A stretch of 64,000 nucleotides of DNA. Source: an uncultured Candidatus Saccharibacteria bacterium (lineage in GTDB: Bacteria; Patescibacteriota; Minisyncoccia; Phycocordibacterales; UBA12088). A program made the translations under genes and the position numbers. This document shows, piece after piece, positions 45,696 through 54,086 of this stretch. How positions within the stretch are numbered: the first letter of the stretch is position 1; the number at the start of each line of letters is the position of its first letter. Below the pieces are notes generated by a model. The model saw only the letters and a list, made by a program, of their open reading frames with translations. It was not told the origin of the DNA and made no database searches. The stretch covers positions 293,997 through 357,996 of the forward strand of contig CAZHFF010000001.1 of NCBI GenBank assembly GCA_964531785.1. The letters are read 5' to 3'.

Positions 45696-46385
45696 ATGGC
45701 CGAGGTACTCTTGGAGCAAAGTTGGAAGCGGGTGCTCACGAACGAGTTCACACAGTCCTATTGGGAGACGCTCTCGTCGTTCGTCCGTACAGACTACCTC
45801 GAGCGCCGGGTGTATCCGCCGCCACAGCTCGTCTTCAACGCGTTCAGCCTCTGTCCGTTCCCCGAGGTGAAGGTGGTCATACTCGGCCAAGATCCGTACC
45901 ATGGGCGCGGTCAGGCGCACGGTCTTTGTTTCAGTGTACCGAACGGGGTGCGGACCCCACCCTCGCTCCAGAACATCTTCAAGGAGCTAGCACAAGATCT
46001 GTCCTGTCCTATCCCGCAGGGTGGAGACCTCACCCCATGGGCCATGCAAGGCGTCCTCCTCTTGAACGCAACGCTCACCGTGCGCGACGGTGCACCCGGC
46101 AGCCACCAGGGGAAGGGCTGGGAAACGTTCACCGACGCAGCGATCCGCGCACTCTCCGACCAGCGTGAACATGTCGTGTTCCTGCTTTGGGGAAATTATG
46201 CCAAAGCAAAACAGCAGCTCATCAACGGAACAAAACACCTGGTCCTCACGGCCGCTCATCCGTCCCCGTATTCTGCCCATGGGGGGTTCTTTGGTTGCAA
46301 ACACTTTAGCCAAGCGAACGCATACCTTACGTCCCACGGCATAGAACCTATTGATTGGTGCGGCGGAACGTCCACTCAAAGCTAG
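45696..46385 (+). CDS. ung: uracil-DNA glycosylase (family 1)
   Basis: KVVILGQDPYHG, GLCFSV, VLLLNATLTV and AAHPSPYSA motifs. Confidence 0.9.
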   Translation: MAEVLLEQSWKRVLTNEFTQSYWETLSSFVRTDYLERRVYPPPQLVFNAFSLCPFPEVKVVILGQDPYHGRGQAHGLCFSVPNGVRTPPSLQNIFKELAQDLSCPIPQGGDLTPWAMQGVLLLNATLTVRDGAPGSHQGKGWETFTDAAIRALSDQREHVVFLLWGNYAKAKQQLINGTKHLVLTAAHPSPYSAHGGFFGCKHFSQANAYLTSHGIEPIDWCGGTSTQS

Positions 46386-47314
46386 TCGAAGAGGTCGGGC
46401 AGGTACTCATCAATGGTGCGCTGGTCAAGCTCGTAAAAGGACACACCGCGTCGCACTAGATAGCGCGCAAGGTCACGGCCCACGAAACGCCAGTGCCACG
46501 GTTCGAAAATGTAGTGCTCGTTGTTCTCGGGGTAGCTGAGGATGAAACCGTACGTGTGTGCGTTCTTGAGGAGCCACTGGTACGCCGAGGTACGATCGAA
46601 CCCTGAAAGCGTCGCTCCCAGTTCCTTGGTTGTGAAGTCTACTGTAGTGCCCAGCTGGTGTTCTGAGTATCCTTGGTCTGCAGAGAACGTGTTCGCGCTT
46701 CCGGCGCCGTACGTAACCTTGTACTGGCTCTTAAGCGCGCTCTGTTCATTGAACGACCGATAGCCCGAGAGCACCATCAGCTGCTCGCCGTCGCGCCAGG
46801 CCGCCTGTAACAGGTTCCGGAGGTGCGGCCACATATCCGCATGGACCGATACCTGTCGGCCGTTCGGCAGATCATATTTCTCTTCGATCACCACGAGGTC
46901 GGCAGGCATGTAGTGCTCGTTCAAAAAGTAGACCTTCGAGTACTTCTGTAAGAGCTGTGGGTCGGTCTTGGTCAGCTTTTCAAGCGTCTCGACCGATCGG
47001 CCGAAATCCCCAACCTCCGTGCGCAGGTTCTCCATACGCTCACGTTCCGCGTCGAGCGCATCTTCAAGTGATATGTTGCGGGTCGTCACCTCATGGAGCG
47101 CGTTCTTGAGCATGTAGAGCTCGTCAGCGAACTCTAGGCTCGAGGAAGCCTGGATGGTACGAAGCGCTGCCAGATCTTCTGCTTGTCGCGCGACGGTCCC
47201 GGTCAGTGTGAAGAGCAGGTAGCCCAGAGCCACCGCAAAGCCCAGGAACAGTGCAGTAACGAGACCGATGAGCAGGTTGCGACGGCTGGTCTGTGGCAGA
47301 TCGATGCGCGCCAT
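46382..47314 (-). CDS. D-Ala-D-Ala / LD-carboxypeptidase (M15B, VanY-like), membrane anchored
   Basis: N-terminal TM helix, with SGYRSFNEQ and GYSEHQLGTTVDF metal-ligand blocks. ATG 47314 is preceded by TATAGT-N6. Confidence 0.8.
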   Translation of the reverse strand: MARIDLPQTSRRNLLIGLVTALFLGFAVALGYLLFTLTGTVARQAEDLAALRTIQASSSLEFADELYMLKNALHEVTTRNISLEDALDAERERMENLRTEVGDFGRSVETLEKLTKTDPQLLQKYSKVYFLNEHYMPADLVVIEEKYDLPNGRQVSVHADMWPHLRNLLQAAWRDGEQLMVLSGYRSFNEQSALKSQYKVTYGAGSANTFSADQGYSEHQLGTTVDFTTKELGATLSGFDRTSAYQWLLKNAHTYGFILSYPENNEHYIFEPWHWRFVGRDLARYLVRRGVSFYELDQRTIDEYLPDLFD

Positions 47315-47320
47315 ACATTT

Positions 47321-47326
47321 ACTATA
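47321..47326 (-). promoter_or_regulatory. -10 box TATAGT, 6 nt upstream of VanY-like ATG
   Basis: The reverse complement reads gtgTATAGTaaatgtATG. Confidence 0.4.
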
Positions 47327-47378
47327 CACCAGACCATTGTCATCGCCCTAGCGTACGCGCGACAACGAGCGCAGAAAG

Positions 47379-47407
47379 TTGCTTGCGGCATAAAACCGTT
47401 GTATAAT
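47379..47407 (+). promoter_or_regulatory. mnmA promoter TTGCTT-17-TATAAT, 6 nt upstream of ATG
   Basis: Hexamers and spacing read directly. Confidence 0.55.
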
Positions 47408-47413
47408 ATAGAA

Positions 47414-48487
47414 ATGCGAACAGAACGACTTACATCGGGAGCTCCCGTGGTGGTGGCGCTCTCAGGCGGCGTGGACTCTTCCATTGCTGCGCTGTTGCTC
47501 AAACAGCAGGGCTACGATGTTTCTGGTGCGTATATCATACCCTGGAGCCCGAAGTGGTTACCCTGTACGTGGAAAGAAGAACGCCTCTCGGCGATGCGCG
47601 TAGCTGCGACGCTCGGGATCCCGTTCCATACCGTAGATCTGTCGGAGGTCTACGAAAGGTCCGTTGCACAGTACTTGATCAACGAGTACGCAGTGGGACG
47701 AACGCCGAATCCGGACGTCATGTGCAATCGTCATGTGAAGTTCGGCGCGTTCCGTGACTGGGCGATCAGTCACGGATTCCACGCGATGGCGACCGGACAC
47801 TATGCACGTAAGACAGAAACCGGGGCACTTGCGGTTGCCAAGGACACGAACAAGGATCAGACATACTTTCTGTGGCCGCTCACACAAGTTGAGCTCGACT
47901 ACGCGCTGTTTCCGCTCGGCCACCTTGTAAAGCGCGAAGTACGGCAGCTAGCTGCTGACGCAGGTTTACATACGTCGATAAAAAAGGACAGCCAGGGTAT
48001 CTGCTTTTTAGGCAACGTTGCTATGAAGGAGTTCCTGACGCACTACTTGCCGACGACGCCCGGCGTTGTCGAAGACGAACAGGGCAGAGCTATCGGCGAA
48101 CATCGAGGCTCGATCTTGTACACCTACGGAGAACGGCATGGCTTTACCGTGCGCAGTACGACGCCTCACGATACGCCGCTCTACGTGATCGCTAAGGATC
48201 ACGCACGCAACGTCCTAACGGTCGCGCCGCGCGGCAAACACCAGATCGCGCCGGTCGAGGAGGTGTGGCTCAATACTGTTGTACTGCGCGTCTCGACGCC
48301 TCCTGCTCGCGCCGTTTCCGCGCGTTTCCGCTACCGACAGCCGCTCTTTCGTGCCGAAGTTAAGACGTCGGCAGAAGGTGTTCGCGTTGCGCTCGATCCG
48401 CCACAGGAGTACGTGGCGCCCGGGCAGAGTCTGGTCCTCTACGATGGAGAAGTGTGTATCGGGGGAGGGATCATCGACGACGCATAG
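47414..48487 (+). CDS. mnmA: tRNA 2-thiouridine(34) synthase
   Basis: PP-loop VALSGGVDSS, NPDVMCN and DQTYFLW. ATG 47414 lies inside track ORF 47183-48487. Confidence 0.9.
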   Translation: MRTERLTSGAPVVVALSGGVDSSIAALLLKQQGYDVSGAYIIPWSPKWLPCTWKEERLSAMRVAATLGIPFHTVDLSEVYERSVAQYLINEYAVGRTPNPDVMCNRHVKFGAFRDWAISHGFHAMATGHYARKTETGALAVAKDTNKDQTYFLWPLTQVELDYALFPLGHLVKREVRQLAADAGLHTSIKKDSQGICFLGNVAMKEFLTHYLPTTPGVVEDEQGRAIGEHRGSILYTYGERHGFTVRSTTPHDTPLYVIAKDHARNVLTVAPRGKHQIAPVEEVWLNTVVLRVSTPPARAVSARFRYRQPLFRAEVKTSAEGVRVALDPPQEYVAPGQSLVLYDGEVCIGGGIIDDA

Positions 48488-48542
48488 CACGGTTGTGCAT
48501 TCACCATTTGCAGGCTCGTTGGCCTCCAGGTACTATGAGCTC

Positions 48543-48683
48543 ATGGAACAGAACAAGCACGTGGTTCGCCTGGCGGCAGTACTCGCCCTTGCGGTAGTAG
48601 CATTGTTCGTGGTATCGCTCGATCACTTCCGAACGAGCGATACGCCCCAGCAAGCGGCGGTGTTGCGTGCGTATGGACAGTAG
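48543..48683 (+). CDS. possible 46-aa single-pass membrane peptide
   Basis: MEQNKHVVRLAAVLALAVVALFVVSLDHF... The 3' end overlaps the start of the next gene. There is no homology support. Confidence 0.25.
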   Translation: MEQNKHVVRLAAVLALAVVALFVVSLDHFRTSDTPQQAAVLRAYGQ

Positions 48684-49506
48684 CAGGGTGCATATCCGCA
48701 AGGCGGATGGTACGCTCGAGGCTTTTCAGTCCGACAAGCTTGAACGTTCGCTCAAGAACAGTGGCGCAGCAGCTGCAGTGGCGCATGACATAGCGGAGAA
48801 GGTCGCCGATTCGCTTAAGGGTGGGGAACGAACTGGTGATATCTATCGCCGCGCGTTCCGTATGCTGCGCACCCAGGCTCGAGGCGCAGCGGCTCGCTAT
48901 TCGGTAAAACGAGCACTTATTGAGCTCGGACCGACCGGATACCCGTTCGAGGATTTCGTCGGGGAGATATTTCGTGCTCAAGGTTGGACCTGTAGGACAC
49001 GTACCGAACGCCACGGCGCCTGCGTTTCGCACGAGCTCGACCTTGTGGGCACCAGAGACGACCGGTCGTTCGCGGCAGAGGTAAAATATCACAACGACCA
49101 TGGGCTTAAGAGCGACCTCAAGGTAGCGCTCTATGTTCGTGCACGATTCGATGACCTGAAGAACAAGAACGATCCTGACACGAACTTCAGCGAAGTATGG
49201 CTCATTACCAATACCAAGTTCTCGACCCAGGCGATACGGTACGCGGAGTGTGCGGGGCTCCGGCTTCTCGGGTGGGATTATCCAGAACATGGCAACCTCC
49301 GTGAGCTCATAGACCAGACGGGTGCACACCCCATTTCATGCCTCACAACGCTCACTGCCATGCAGAAACGTGAGCTCATGCAGCAAGGCGTCGTACTTGC
49401 CCGACAGCTGCATGACCAGGTGCCGCTCTTGGGTAAGCTCGGTTTGAGCGATCACATGATCGATACGGTGCTGGGGGAAACTTTGCGTGTCGCAGGTGAG
49501 CGGTAG
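48667..49506 (+). CDS. ATP-cone domain fused to a restriction-endonuclease-like (Mrr-type PD-(D/E)XK) domain
   Basis: N-terminal VHIRKADGTLEAFQSDKLERSL.. is an ATP-cone. Then FEDFVGEIFRAQGW...HELDLVG...AEVKYH matches a nuclease core. The start is GTG 48667 or ATG 48673. Confidence 0.7.
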   Translation: MRMDSSRVHIRKADGTLEAFQSDKLERSLKNSGAAAAVAHDIAEKVADSLKGGERTGDIYRRAFRMLRTQARGAAARYSVKRALIELGPTGYPFEDFVGEIFRAQGWTCRTRTERHGACVSHELDLVGTRDDRSFAAEVKYHNDHGLKSDLKVALYVRARFDDLKNKNDPDTNFSEVWLITNTKFSTQAIRYAECAGLRLLGWDYPEHGNLRELIDQTGAHPISCLTTLTAMQKRELMQQGVVLARQLHDQVPLLGKLGLSDHMIDTVLGETLRVAGER

Positions 49507-49509
49507 CGG

Positions 49510-49515
49510 TACACT
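49510..49515 (+). promoter_or_regulatory. -10-like TACACT, 6 nt upstream of mgtC ATG
   Basis: ggTACACTatacccATG read directly. Confidence 0.35.
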
Positions 49516-49521
49516 ATACCC

Positions 49522-49977
49522 ATGGAAAGTGAGGTACTGCTGACCGTGTTCTTCCAACTTACGCTTGCGCTTGTCCTTGGGGCACTCGTCGGTCTTGAAC
49601 GCACCGTTGCCGGCAAGGAAGCAGGCATGCGGACGTTCGCTCTGGTGACCATCGGCTCCTGCCTCTTCGTTACGGTCGGCGACATTGTCGCGCAGCACGC
49701 CGCTAGCGAGTTTAGCTTCGACCCACTACGCATGGCTTCCTCGATCGTAACCGGTATCGGCTTCTTGGGTGCGGGCCTGATCATCTTTCAACATGAGCTC
49801 AAGGGACTCACGACTGCGGCTGCACTTTGGGTTTCGGCGGCTATCGGAATTGCGATCGGCTTTAAGCTCTACCTCATAGCGGTCTTCGCGACGTTCTTGA
49901 CACTTTTTGTGTTCATTGTGCTCTGGTTCCTCGAGCATTACCTGGAAAAGCAGCTCAAAAAAGATAGGCATTGGTAG
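49522..49977 (+). CDS. mgtC: MgtC/SapB family membrane protein
   Basis: LALVLGALVGLERTVAGKEAGMRTFALV and TGIGFLGAG blocks; 151 aa. Confidence 0.8.
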   Translation: MESEVLLTVFFQLTLALVLGALVGLERTVAGKEAGMRTFALVTIGSCLFVTVGDIVAQHAASEFSFDPLRMASSIVTGIGFLGAGLIIFQHELKGLTTAAALWVSAAIGIAIGFKLYLIAVFATFLTLFVFIVLWFLEHYLEKQLKKDRHW

Positions 49978-50083
49978 GCGTTTTTGTGCTGCCGTGCCTG
50001 TTCGGCCGATGTTCACAACCATCTGTACGGATAGCTGTCGGTGTGTATAGTGACCACAAGCCCTAGGGAGGGCCCTAATCACC

Positions 50084-50572
50084 TTGATCATGAACTATCG
50101 ATTGAACAAACTTGCACTCTATGCAGTACTGCTGCTTGTGCTGGTCGCTATCGCGATATTTGGGTACACCCTGATCGGCGCGCCGACGGACGAAGATCGG
50201 AATGATGACGTGACCCAGGTCCCTGGCCAGGTAGAAGTGAACGGTCGGAGCATACAAGCGAAACATCAGTTCAAACAGGGCACTCATACGATAGCAGGGA
50301 CCGTGGACATGCCCACACCCTGTCACCGGCTCATTGCGGAGCCGTTCTTTACAGACGAAAGCAGGCAGGAGGTGGAGCTTCGCTTCACGACATCCGTAGA
50401 GGGGGACGTGTGTGCACAAGTGATCACGCCTACGCGGTTCAAGGTGGATTTTGAGGCACCGGAGCAGGCACGCATCACCGGCACCTGGAACGGGGGTACT
50501 GCGGGGCTGAACCTCGTACCGGTCGCACCGGGCGAAGACCTTGCAGATTTTGACGTATTCGTAAAAGGATAG
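50084..50572 (+). CDS. hypothetical membrane-anchored exported protein
   Basis: N-terminal TM helix LALYAVLLLVLVAIAIFGY followed by a beta-rich domain with two Cys. The start is TTG 50084 or ATG 50090. Confidence 0.5.
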   Translation: MIMNYRLNKLALYAVLLLVLVAIAIFGYTLIGAPTDEDRNDDVTQVPGQVEVNGRSIQAKHQFKQGTHTIAGTVDMPTPCHRLIAEPFFTDESRQEVELRFTTSVEGDVCAQVITPTRFKVDFEAPEQARITGTWNGGTAGLNLVPVAPGEDLADFDVFVKG

Positions 50573-50644
50573 GCGAATATTGACGTGTTTACTCACACCC
50601 TGCCAGCGTGGTAGGATACATTAATTGTAAATCAAACTAACACT

Positions 50645-51418
50645 ATGAGCGACGACAGGATCGACGAAGGGAATACCGGCGAAAGTGTGTCCGGGACAAA
50701 CGAAGCGCCAGCGCGCCTGAGTAGCACTAAGCAAAACGGCACCATGCGCGCGGTGATCATCGCGATCGTGCTGATCGCGGCTCTCGTTGCGATACTTCAG
50801 TTCACCGGCGTGCTCAAGCTAGGGTCTTCGCCAACCGGTGAAGAAGCGGCGGTCGCGGGCTCTGCGGTCGCAAGGATCAATGGTGAAGAGATCCCGCGGT
50901 CAGAACTCGACAAGCGACTTGCACAGATCCGTGCGACGATACCCGAAGGTAGCCCGGACCCGACCAAAGACGCTGCGTTCGAGCTGCAGATCGTGGACGA
51001 GCTCATAAACCTCGCGCTGCTCAAGCAGCTTGCGGTAGATGCGGGGTATACCGCAACGGATGACGCGGTAGCAGCTGAGATTGCCCAGGTCACTGAATTG
51101 TTCGGTTCCGAAGAGGCCTTGAACGGTCAACTCGCTGCGGTGGGTCTAAGCCGTACCGATTTTGAAGAGAACGTCCGGAACGAGCTTCTCATTCGACAGC
51201 TCGTTGAAGCAAACACGGAGGTCAAGAACATCGTGGTTACCGATGCGGAGATCGAGCAGGCATACCAGCAGTCGTTCAGTGGTGTTGAGGAAGCTCCGGC
51301 ACTTGAGGAGGCGCGTGATTTCATTCGCGACCAACTCACCCAACAAAAGACGAACGCCGTGATACAGGCATATGTCGATGATGTCCGTTCTAAAGCGAAC
51401 ATAGAGATACTGCTCTAG
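50645..51418 (+). CDS. SurA N-terminal-domain chaperone-like protein (no PPIase domain seen)
   Basis: TM anchor, then ARINGEEIPRSELDKRL...DELINLALLKQ...LIRQL, typical of SurA_N/PpiD-like chaperone domains. Confidence 0.6.
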   Translation: MSDDRIDEGNTGESVSGTNEAPARLSSTKQNGTMRAVIIAIVLIAALVAILQFTGVLKLGSSPTGEEAAVAGSAVARINGEEIPRSELDKRLAQIRATIPEGSPDPTKDAAFELQIVDELINLALLKQLAVDAGYTATDDAVAAEIAQVTELFGSEEALNGQLAAVGLSRTDFEENVRNELLIRQLVEANTEVKNIVVTDAEIEQAYQQSFSGVEEAPALEEARDFIRDQLTQQKTNAVIQAYVDDVRSKANIEILL

Positions 51419-51442
51419 GCCATGGCTGGAGGGGCACGTTCA

Positions 51443-51480
51443 AACCGCACAAAGCCGTCACCTGACGGCTTTGTGCGGTT
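51443..51480 (+). terminator. 17-18-bp perfect hairpin between the SurA-like gene and the M16 peptidase gene
   Basis: aaccgcacaaagccgtca-cc-tgacggctttgtgcggtt. It ends 4 nt before ATG 51485. Confidence 0.55.
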
Positions 51481-51484
51481 GGGC

Positions 51485-52738
51485 ATGTACCACTCGATCG
51501 AGGAGTATGAGCTTGAACACAATGGTTTGAGGGTGCTCTATAAGCAGGACTTGGGCGCTCCGGTCGCAGGCCTGATGGTAACCTATCTGGTCGGCAGCAG
51601 GAACGAGGCGACGGGTCATACGGGAGCAACGCACCTTCTTGAGCACCTCATGTTCAAAGGTTCTAGGCGCTTCCCTAAGAAGGGTGGTTTGTCGGTGATC
51701 GATCGCCTCGAAGAGAAAGGGGCGCTCATGAACGCTACGACCTGGCTTGATCGCACCAACTACTACGAGGTCTTGCCTGAAGAGCACTTGCCCTTTGCGA
51801 TACGGCTCGAAGCTGACCGCATGCGCAATGCGCTCATTACCGAGAAGGACAGGGCAGATGAAATGCCGGCCGTACGCAGTGAGTATGCGATGGGAGAAAA
51901 TGATGCGTACGAAAAGCTGGAAACGCACCTATTTGCCACTGCATTCATGGCACATCCTTATCACCACAACACGATCGGCTGGTTGTCGGACATCGAGCAG
52001 GTTTCGATCGAGCGGCTCCGCGAATTCTACAACACGTACTATTGGCCGAACAATGCGTATGTATCCGTGATCACGCGACGGCCACGCGACGAGGTGCTTG
52101 CGCACGTGCGCACCGAGTTTGGTCAGCACCGGAGGAGTCCGCATGCGATACCGGTACCGTACACCGCCGAGCCGCCACAACTCGGGCGTCGTTTTGTTGA
52201 AGTTCGCCGTGCGGGTGCGAGCCAGATCGTCGGACTTGCGTTCAAAGTGCCGGAGGCGTTGCATCGGGATACAGCCGCGTTACTTGTCCTTGCTCATGTG
52301 CTTGGCGGCGGTAAGACGTCTCGACTATATCGTGCACTTGTGGACAAAAAGCTCGCCAGTGAAGCGGTCGTCCACTTTACACCGAGCAAAGACCCGACAC
52401 TGTTGCGCATTTACGTAAAACTTGCGCGTGGGCAAGAACACGACGCGATGTACGAACGCGTGCTCGTGCAGTGTAAACGGCTCGTCGTAAGGGGAATTAC
52501 CAATGATGAACTGGCGCGGACGATCGCGCAGCTTGAGACGGAGCTTGCGTTCGCTCGCGATGGACACTACGCAACGCTTTCAGCATTGAACGAAGCGATC
52601 GCGATCGGTAACTGGCATTTCTACTTTGACCTGCTTGAAGCCGTGTCTCGTGTGACGCCGGATGACGTCCAGCGTGTAGCAAGTACCTACCTCGACATTT
52701 CCCGGTCGACCCTGGGCTATTACCACGGAACCAAGTGA
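51485..52738 (+). CDS. M16 (pitrilysin) family zinc peptidase, active-type subunit
   Basis: Inverted zinc motif HLLEHLMFKGS plus a downstream E. Homology begins near ATG 51485; ATG 51422 is the alternative start. Confidence 0.8.
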   Translation: MYHSIEEYELEHNGLRVLYKQDLGAPVAGLMVTYLVGSRNEATGHTGATHLLEHLMFKGSRRFPKKGGLSVIDRLEEKGALMNATTWLDRTNYYEVLPEEHLPFAIRLEADRMRNALITEKDRADEMPAVRSEYAMGENDAYEKLETHLFATAFMAHPYHHNTIGWLSDIEQVSIERLREFYNTYYWPNNAYVSVITRRPRDEVLAHVRTEFGQHRRSPHAIPVPYTAEPPQLGRRFVEVRRAGASQIVGLAFKVPEALHRDTAALLVLAHVLGGGKTSRLYRALVDKKLASEAVVHFTPSKDPTLLRIYVKLARGQEHDAMYERVLVQCKRLVVRGITNDELARTIAQLETELAFARDGHYATLSALNEAIAIGNWHFYFDLLEAVSRVTPDDVQRVASTYLDISRSTLGYYHGTK

Positions 52739-52743
52739 TTTCC

Positions 52744-54039
52744 ATGACCACGCGAACGCTAGCACAACGAGTAGTCTATGAGCGCTTAAGTTCCGGCCTT
52801 GATGTATATGTGCTCCGGACCGAGACGCCCGACGTTGTCGTGGCGAACATCGTCCTCCCGCTCGGTGCGCTTTACAGTGCGGACCGTCGCACGGTTTCGC
52901 TGCTCATCGGAGAACTCCTCCCGGGTGGTAGTCGCGCACATACAAAGAGTGCTCTCCTGGAAGCGCTTGACGGACTCGGTGCCGATGTTCACACAACGGT
53001 TGATCTGCTTTCGCTTACGGTCACGGTGCGTTGTACGCACAAGTACCTGGATCAAGTGCTTGAGCTCGTGTTCGCAGCGATCACGCTGCCGCATTGGCAA
53101 CGTGCCGAGTGGCTTGCAGCGCATGCACGTATCGCTAACCTCCTTCATGAGGCGTCTGAGGATACCAAAGCGCGGGCGCTCTCTGCGCTTATGCGGTCGC
53201 TCTACAAAAAAGGCCACCCCTGGTTTCGTCGGGATGAGCAAGTGCTGGCGCGAGAGATCGAAGGCACGACCCTGAACGAGGTGCGGTCGCACTACACTGA
53301 CACACTTTCTACCGTGGGCGCAAGCGTCATCGTCGCTGGCGATGTTCGCGAAGCAGAGGTGGTAGGACTGATCACTCGCATAAGCGGTGGCATCCCGACA
53401 CGCCCGGGCTTACGCGATGTGGTGGCACAGCTTGGTCGCACCACTAGGCCGAAAAGTATGGAGGTGGTCGTACCGATGCGCGACAAAATGAACGTGGATA
53501 CCTTTTTGGTCGTGCCGCTCTCGATCACGAACGGATCGGATGCGTATCTGCCCCTGGTGCTCGGAACGCACATACTCGGTGGTTCCGCGACCGCACGGCT
53601 CTTCCGTGTGCTCAGGAACGAGCGGAGTCTTACGTACGGCGCATACGCACGGCTGCACGGTTTTGAGACCCCGTATCCAGGTTATTTTTGTGCCAAGGCC
53701 GTGTTTCCTAACGATGTCTACAGCGCGGGACGTGTGGCGCTACGGGAACAGGTTGCACTATTCAAAGACAAGGGTGTGACGGCAGGTGAGGTCGCTCTCG
53801 CGAAGGAGAACATCGCCGGACGGTTCAAGGTCGGTCTTTCGAGCACGAGCGGCGTTGCGACCGCGCTCTTAGGTGTCGTCACATCCGGCCGTTCTGTAGC
53901 ATACCTTGACGAGTACCCACAACGCATTGCCCAGATATCACACAAGGAGATCAACGGGGTAGTGAGGGAGCACTTCGACCCCACCCTTGGTGTGGTGGGC
54001 GCTGCAGGCGCGATCGGGGAGGACGGTGCACCCCTCTAG
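52744..54039 (+). CDS. M16 family peptidase, non-catalytic-type subunit
   Basis: Collinear with M16 but lacking HxxEH. The start is GTG 52735 (a GTGA overlap with the upstream stop) or ATG 52744. Confidence 0.75.
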   Translation: MTTRTLAQRVVYERLSSGLDVYVLRTETPDVVVANIVLPLGALYSADRRTVSLLIGELLPGGSRAHTKSALLEALDGLGADVHTTVDLLSLTVTVRCTHKYLDQVLELVFAAITLPHWQRAEWLAAHARIANLLHEASEDTKARALSALMRSLYKKGHPWFRRDEQVLAREIEGTTLNEVRSHYTDTLSTVGASVIVAGDVREAEVVGLITRISGGIPTRPGLRDVVAQLGRTTRPKSMEVVVPMRDKMNVDTFLVVPLSITNGSDAYLPLVLGTHILGGSATARLFRVLRNERSLTYGAYARLHGFETPYPGYFCAKAVFPNDVYSAGRVALREQVALFKDKGVTAGEVALAKENIAGRFKVGLSSTSGVATALLGVVTSGRSVAYLDEYPQRIAQISHKEINGVVREHFDPTLGVVGAAGAIGEDGAPL

Positions 54040-54086
54040 TGCGCGTTTTTATGGTCTACTAGTGTGGGGTACACTGGTGCTACGCT

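Noticed and set aside
46382-46385. ung and the convergent VanY-like gene overlap by 4 nt, sharing a palindromic CTAG as both stop codons.
   Set aside because: This is real but trivial. It is a consequence of tight packing, and there is no evidence of function.
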